This document shows, in pieces, positions 42,432-46,855 of a stretch of 46,855 nt of DNA. The first letter of the stretch is position 1. Each line of letters opens with the position of its first letter. The notes beneath the pieces were generated by a model that made no database searches, was not told the DNA's origin, and was given only the letters and a program-made list of their open reading frames with translations. Location: positions 1-46,855 of the forward strand of contig JBAYJF010000001.1 of assembly GCA_041665245.1 (NCBI GenBank), written 5' to 3'. Position numbers and translations under genes: made by a program. The DNA is from Candidatus Margulisiibacteriota bacterium. Its GTDB lineage: Bacteria; Margulisbacteria; WOR-1; O2-12-FULL-45-9; XYB2-FULL-48-7.

Positions 42432-43346
42432 GTGAAACTAAAGAAAATTGCAGAACTTGTTACGGGTGAAATTGTCGGCAGCCCCGAAACATCAGTGAAA
42501 AGAGTCGCAACCATAGAAGAGGCCGGAGAACTAGATATGGTCTTCGTTCTTGAAGACAAATATTTAGCTCCGGCTCTTCAATCAAAAGCCTCCGTTCTGG
42601 TCACCGCATCTCCGCAAAAAAGCAAAGCCAAGACTTTTCTGGTAGTAAAAAATCCTCGCCTGGCCATGGCAAAGATCCTCCCTCTTTTCCATCCCAAAAA
42701 GAATTCTTTTGGGATCCACCGCAGCGCGATCGTTTCCCCGACGGCAAAAATAGGGAAGAACGTGACCATCCACCCGTTTGTCAGCGTTGGGGCGCATTGC
42801 GAAATTGGGGACGAAACAGTTATCTATCCTTCCGTTACTATTTATGACAACGTCAAGATCGGCAAGCGCGTTGTGATCCATGCCGGCGCCCGCGTCGGCG
42901 TCGATGGTTACGGCTTCGTATGGGACAAAGGCTCTTATGTAAAAATTCCGCAGATCGGCTCTGTAATGATCGAAGATGATGTCGAAATTTTTGCCAATGT
43001 TTGCATCTCCCGAGGAACGATCGGGGCAACAAAGATCGGCAAAGGAACAAAGATCGATAGCCTGACCCATGTCGCCCATAATTGCGTTTTAGGCGCGCAT
43101 TGCGCCGTGACCGCCCTCGTCGGGTTCGCCGGATCGGTAACCTTAAAAGATCACGTCTCTGTGGGAGGAATGGCCGGGTTCAACGGTCACATCACGGTCG
43201 GCGAAAATTCCGTGATTTTGGCCAAGTCCGGGGTCACCAAAGATATCCCCGCAAATTCAATTGTATCCGGGTTTCCTGCCCAGGAGCATGCCAAAGAGAT
43301 GAAACACCAAGCTTCGCTAAAAAGACTTGTAAAAAAAACTAAATGA
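42432..43346 (+). CDS. lpxD: UDP-3-O-acylglucosamine N-acyltransferase
   Basis: The ORF has a GTG start, left-handed beta-helix hexapeptide repeats and an LpxD-type N-terminal domain. The skp-lpxD synteny supports the call. Confidence 0.85.
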   Translation: MKLKKIAELVTGEIVGSPETSVKRVATIEEAGELDMVFVLEDKYLAPALQSKASVLVTASPQKSKAKTFLVVKNPRLAMAKILPLFHPKKNSFGIHRSAIVSPTAKIGKNVTIHPFVSVGAHCEIGDETVIYPSVTIYDNVKIGKRVVIHAGARVGVDGYGFVWDKGSYVKIPQIGSVMIEDDVEIFANVCISRGTIGATKIGKGTKIDSLTHVAHNCVLGAHCAVTALVGFAGSVTLKDHVSVGGMAGFNGHITVGENSVILAKSGVTKDIPANSIVSGFPAQEHAKEMKHQASLKRLVKKTK

Positions 43347-44470
43347 GGATCGCATTTTTTTGCGATTCGTATAAACCTTTTCTCTCCGGCGTAACGAACA
43401 CCGTCAGCATCCTGACCAAAGAGCTAAGAAAGCTTGGACACACCGTCTATATTATCGCTCCAGGTTATCCTGGCCAGGAGGAAAACGAACAAGATGTTTT
43501 TCGCCTCCCCTCCATCCCTACCCGCTATCCGAATTTTAGATTGGGGATACCAATAATTAAAAAGATCCCTGACATTGACCTTGTCCACTGCCACTCCCCT
43601 TTTCAGATCGGATTAATGGGAAAGCTTACCGCCAGAAAAAGAAAAATACCTCTTGTTTATACCTTTCACACATTTTTTACCCGCTATGTCCATCATGGGG
43701 CCCTGATCCCGCCGGCAATTGCAAAGATCGGGATCGTAGCCTACGTCAGAGCATTTTCCAATTCCGCGGATAAAGTGATCACGCCAACAAAGATGGCGAT
43801 GCGCGTATTGAAAAAATGGAAGGCGGCCCCATCAATCGAAGTGATCCCATCAGGAGTAGACTTTTCTGATTTTCCGGAAAACAGGGAAGAAACAAAACTG
43901 CTTCTTCGGAAGCAATATAATATTCCGATCTCGGCAAAGGTCCTGGTCTGTGTCTGCCGGCTGTCGAAAGAAAAAAACATCCAATTTATCCTGGATGCTT
44001 TTAATAAAACATCGGCCGATCAATTGGTCCTTGTCGGTGGAGGGCCGCTTCTTGAAAAACTACAAAATACAAATCACAAATTACATAGCAAAATTATCAT
44101 TGTTGGGAATGTCCCTTATCCTGAGGTGCTTAAATATTACTTAATTGGTGACATTTTTGTTTATTCTTCATTGACCGAAACACAAGGGATGGTGATCGCG
44201 GAAGCAAAGCATGCCGGCCTGCCGGCCGTTGCGCTATATTCCGGCGCGCTTGCGGATTCTGTTCGCTCCGGCATTGACGGCTACCTTGTGCCGCGAAACA
44301 TGGAAGCATTTTCTACCCACATAAACCGCCTTCTTTCAGAGAATGATCTGCGAGCCAAAATGGCACTTGCCGCCCTGGAAGATGCTAAAGACAGGTTTTC
44401 CTCATCATCGGTTGCAAAGCGTCATGAAAGTGTTTATAATTTTCTCATCAAAAACAAAAAAGCGAGGTAA
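43343..44470 (+). CDS. GT4-family glycosyltransferase
   Basis: The GT-B architecture is supported by an N-terminal MRIAFFCDSYKP..SGV segment and a C-terminal E(X7)E-type region (SSLTETQGMVIAEAKHAGLPAV). The ORF overlaps the lpxD stop by 4 nt. Confidence 0.8.
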   Translation: MRIAFFCDSYKPFLSGVTNTVSILTKELRKLGHTVYIIAPGYPGQEENEQDVFRLPSIPTRYPNFRLGIPIIKKIPDIDLVHCHSPFQIGLMGKLTARKRKIPLVYTFHTFFTRYVHHGALIPPAIAKIGIVAYVRAFSNSADKVITPTKMAMRVLKKWKAAPSIEVIPSGVDFSDFPENREETKLLLRKQYNIPISAKVLVCVCRLSKEKNIQFILDAFNKTSADQLVLVGGGPLLEKLQNTNHKLHSKIIIVGNVPYPEVLKYYLIGDIFVYSSLTETQGMVIAEAKHAGLPAVALYSGALADSVRSGIDGYLVPRNMEAFSTHINRLLSENDLRAKMALAALEDAKDRFSSSSVAKRHESVYNFLIKNKKAR

Positions 44471-44474
44471 GTAT

Positions 44475-45191
44475 ATGAAGACTCGTTTAAATTATTTTTT
44501 ATTCCTGTTTTCATTCGTAATTTCCCCGGCGTTGGCTTATCCAAATGTTTTTCCTTCGCCCTGCCTTAATGGATCGACCGGACTTATTCGGATCCCCGAC
44601 GCAAGCGTTGTCCCTTACAAAAACTTTAATTTCGGCGCTGATATGGGAACAACTTTTATTTCCGGAAGCGCAACCTCCGAGACGGCAATTAACTACAAGA
44701 TGAATTTGGGCGCTTTTCACGGGCTTGAACTTGGCATCGTGGGCGGAACGGAACAAAACTCCGGCAAGATGCGCGAAGGCGTTTTTGTGAACATGAAGCT
44801 CTCGCTTGCCTCCGGCGAAGAAACCTACCCGCTGCTCCTGGCGCTTGGCGTTGAAAATCTTTTCTCTTACACTAAAACCGATGTCTATATGGTCGCTACA
44901 AAATATTTTAAACAGGGGCCTAAGGCAACTTTTGGCTTCATGGCAGATTTTCCGAACAATAAATTTCGGCCGATGGGGATCGCCGGGATCGAACTGCCTA
45001 CCAGCGAAAATTTATTTATCGACGCCGACATGATGGCAGGAGAGACCCTCTTTCAGGTTAATGCCGGAATAAAGCTATATATAACACCCATATTTTCGGT
45101 CAATCTTTATGGGATAAATATTCTTGACACTCCGCAGGCAAAAGACGGTCGATTGGCATATGCGGGCTTCAGTTGGGCAAATCCATTCTAA
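44475..45191 (+). CDS. putative outer-membrane beta-barrel protein
   Basis: I place the start at MKTRLNYFLFLFSFVISPALA, a signal peptide preceded by a GAGG SD. Amphipathic strands alternate, and the protein ends in a C-terminal Phe (WANPF). The longer ORF start overlaps the GT4 gene. Confidence 0.5.
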   Translation: MKTRLNYFLFLFSFVISPALAYPNVFPSPCLNGSTGLIRIPDASVVPYKNFNFGADMGTTFISGSATSETAINYKMNLGAFHGLELGIVGGTEQNSGKMREGVFVNMKLSLASGEETYPLLLALGVENLFSYTKTDVYMVATKYFKQGPKATFGFMADFPNNKFRPMGIAGIELPTSENLFIDADMMAGETLFQVNAGIKLYITPIFSVNLYGINILDTPQAKDGRLAYAGFSWANPF

Positions 45192-45209
45192 TATATTTAG
45201 GAGGCACAA

Positions 45210-45863
45210 ATGAAAAATTTAATTGCTTTGCTGTTATCTGCCGCGTTTTTGATTTCCGCCGCTTCTGCAGAAGTTTTAATTACCGCCAATCCGCTTAAAC
45301 AGGGTAAATGGGGGATACTTGGCGCCTATTTATCTGATTCTAATCTAGCGGGAGGAGCAACGGCAACTTCCCCGGGCCTCTATGTCGGCTACGGCTTAAC
45401 AAATAATCTTGACCTATTCTTCACGGCCGGCCAATCAACTTTTGGAAATATCGGCATTGTCCCTTCAAAAACAACCGGCTATGGACTTTCCTTAAAGTAT
45501 GGTTTATTTGAAGAAAGCGCAAGCATGCCGGTTTCGGTTGCCCTGGGTGTCGGCAGCAAACTTTTAACAAATGATCTCAATAACGGCGCAGTATTAACAG
45601 GCGGCAACCAAGTCCTGGCCGGGGTAATCGTTAGCAAAATGATGATCCCCTTTGTTCCGTACACCGGATTGACCTACCGCGGAACGACTTTTAATGGGGC
45701 ATCAACCCAAGTTCAAACAGACTTGACCATAGGCACCGCGATCGCCTGGTCCATGCAGGGGGCCGTCTATTTGGAATACACCTTGCAATCTATTACTCCA
45801 AATGGCGCAGCAAATTATACCGCCAACCAGATCGGCCTTGGCGTCGGTTATAAACTAAACTAA
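45210..45863 (+). CDS. putative outer-membrane beta-barrel protein
   Basis: The ORF has an AGGAGG SD and a signal peptide (MKNLIALLLSAAFLISAASA). Its pattern is rich in Gly, Thr and Tyr, typical of strands. Confidence 0.5.
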   Translation: MKNLIALLLSAAFLISAASAEVLITANPLKQGKWGILGAYLSDSNLAGGATATSPGLYVGYGLTNNLDLFFTAGQSTFGNIGIVPSKTTGYGLSLKYGLFEESASMPVSVALGVGSKLLTNDLNNGAVLTGGNQVLAGVIVSKMMIPFVPYTGLTYRGTTFNGASTQVQTDLTIGTAIAWSMQGAVYLEYTLQSITPNGAANYTANQIGLGVGYKLN

Positions 45864-45885
45864 TCGCTGACTGGCATTCTTTATT

Positions 45886-45917
45886 AAGGCTCCCGATCAG
45901 ATCGGGGGCCTTTTTTT
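45886..45917 (+). terminator. rho-independent terminator
   Basis: The stem AAGGCTCCCGATC / GATCGGGGGCCTT is followed by TTTTT. Confidence 0.7.
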
Positions 45918-45918
45918 A

Positions 45919-45927
45919 TGTTATAAT
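45919..45927 (+). promoter_or_regulatory. extended -10 TGTTATAAT placed 6 nt upstream of the hisC ATG (leaderless-type)
   Basis: TG lies at 45919-45920, TATAAT at 45922-45927 and the ATG at 45934. Confidence 0.5.
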
Positions 45928-45933
45928 TTCAGC

Positions 45934-46855
45934 ATGAACGAAGTCCAGGCAAGAAAAGATATTAGTGAAATAAAAGATTATATCCCCGGAAAAACACCAA
46001 AAGAACCCGGGACAATAAAGCTTTCATCGAATGAAAATCCTTTTGGCCCATCGCCAAAAGCCTTGCTCGCCATTTCAAAAGAAGTTAAAAGCCTTCAGAC
46101 CTATCCGGACCAGAAATCGATCGCTCTGCGCCAAGCGCTTTCCAAAAGCTTGGGGATCGAGGCGGATTGCCTGCTTTGCGGGAATGGATCGGACGAAATA
46201 ATGCAAATTATCGCATCGACCTATTTTAATCCCGGCGACGAAGTAATAATTTCAAACAATAGTTTCAGCATATACGAGCTGGTTTCCCGCCTTTTTGGAG
46301 CTAAGCTTGTTTTCGTTTCGCTCAAGGAAAATGAATTGGACCTATCCGCAATAGCCAAAGCCGTTACAGAAAAAACAAAGGCGATCTTTCTAACCGCACC
46401 TAACAACCCGACCGGAACCGTCTTTAAGCGCGAAGCTTTTTATGCTCTGGTCAAAAAAACCGCAGGAAAAACATTGCTGATCGTCGATGAAGCCTATGTT
46501 GATTTTATGGAAGACAAAGCCTACCCCGACATGCTCGATGAGATCAAAATGGGCCGCAACGTTATTGTCCTGCGCACTTTTTCAAAATACTACGGCCTGG
46601 CCGGGATCAGGCTCGGTTATTGCGCCGCGAAAAAAGAGATCATCGCTCCAATGTATAAGACAAAAATGCCATTCAACGTTAATCGCCTCGCGCAGGCCGC
46701 CGCCATTGCGGCGCTTGGAGACAAGGCCTTCCTCAAGAACACTTACCGCAATAACCTGGAAGGAAAAAAATATTTATATGCCGAACTGGACAAGCTGGGG
46801 CTGGAATATAAAAAGACCGAAGCCAATTTTATTTTTATTACTTTGAAACAGCCGG
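45934..46855 (+). CDS. hisC: histidinol-phosphate aminotransferase (3' partial, runs off the window)
   Basis: This ORF is not in the supplied track because no stop is reached. My translation begins MNEVQARKDISEIKDYIPGK...KLSSNENPFGPSP and includes NPTG, DEAY and the PLP-lysine context RTFSKYYGLAGIRLGY. Confidence 0.85.
   Translation, partial: MNEVQARKDISEIKDYIPGKTPKEPGTIKLSSNENPFGPSPKALLAISKEVKSLQTYPDQKSIALRQALSKSLGIEADCLLCGNGSDEIMQIIASTYFNPGDEVIISNNSFSIYELVSRLFGAKLVFVSLKENELDLSAIAKAVTEKTKAIFLTAPNNPTGTVFKREAFYALVKKTAGKTLLIVDEAYVDFMEDKAYPDMLDEIKMGRNVIVLRTFSKYYGLAGIRLGYCAAKKEIIAPMYKTKMPFNVNRLAQAAAIAALGDKAFLKNTYRNNLEGKKYLYAELDKLGLEYKKTEANFIFITLKQP

Noticed and set aside
42466-42473. A sixth GTGAAATT occurrence, inside lpxD.
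   Set aside because: It lies inside a conserved coding region. The sequence 16 nt downstream is CATCAG, not a GATA box, and no gene start follows. It is consistent with the one or two chance hits expected for an 8-mer.
1-46855. CRISPR arrays, integrases or transposases, prophage genes, toxin-antitoxin pairs, restriction-modification genes and other known defence-system signatures.
   Set aside because: I saw no repeat-spacer periodicity of 25-40 nt. I recognised no DDE, tyrosine- or serine-recombinase motifs and no nuclease, ATPase or helicase combinations outside the housekeeping UvrD, DnaQ and UvrC genes. The tandem repeats present are only 7-10-nt stutters.

Overview
This 46.9-kb window looks like the chromosome of a diderm, probably uncultivated, bacterium of mid GC content, though no lineage can be assigned from the sequence alone. 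Most of it is densely packed housekeeping genes. These are pyrC, rnc, leuC/leuD, miaA, hisD, a partial hisC, the rpsF-ssb-ssb-rpsR-rplI cluster, prfC, tRNA-Glu, uvrC, a uvrD/pcrA helicase, ychF, nadC, cdsA-uppS-frr-pyrH, mnmG and skp-lpxD. There are also cell-envelope and sugar-nucleotide genes.

The main signal is five ORFs at three separate loci that do not fit this background: 4462-5556 and 5649-8312; 29604-31175 and 31266-33434; and 38334-39947. Three of the five have no family signature I can recognise. One is a branched-chain aminotransferase fused to an unknown N-terminal region of about 175 aa. One is a divergent glycogen-synthase-like (GT5) enzyme.

All five are preceded by the same bipartite motif, GTGAAATT-N16-GAT(A/G)(A/T)N. 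I did not see this motif in front of any housekeeping gene. Its geometry matches sigma-28/FliA-class promoters (TAAA-N15-GCCGATAA). The first locus splits the normally contiguous leuC-leuD pair. Three of the five have terminator-like hairpins in their leaders, and two of those leaders are clearly paralogous. I read this as a dispersed accessory gene set co-regulated by an alternative sigma factor. Its function is unknown, and secreted or late-stage factors is only a hypothesis.

Secondary observations:
- Many apparently leaderless genes sit 6-10 nt downstream of a (TGn)TATAAT box.
- A perfect 20-bp palindrome, CCTGCCTGCCGGCAGGCAGG, occurs three times, once in frame inside a radical-SAM gene.
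- Heptamer and decamer stutter blocks occur inside housekeeping genes and in spacers.
- The ssb gene is duplicated in tandem.
- uvrC is compact and lacks its C-terminal (HhH)2 region.

Everything here was read by eye. No searches or statistics were run.
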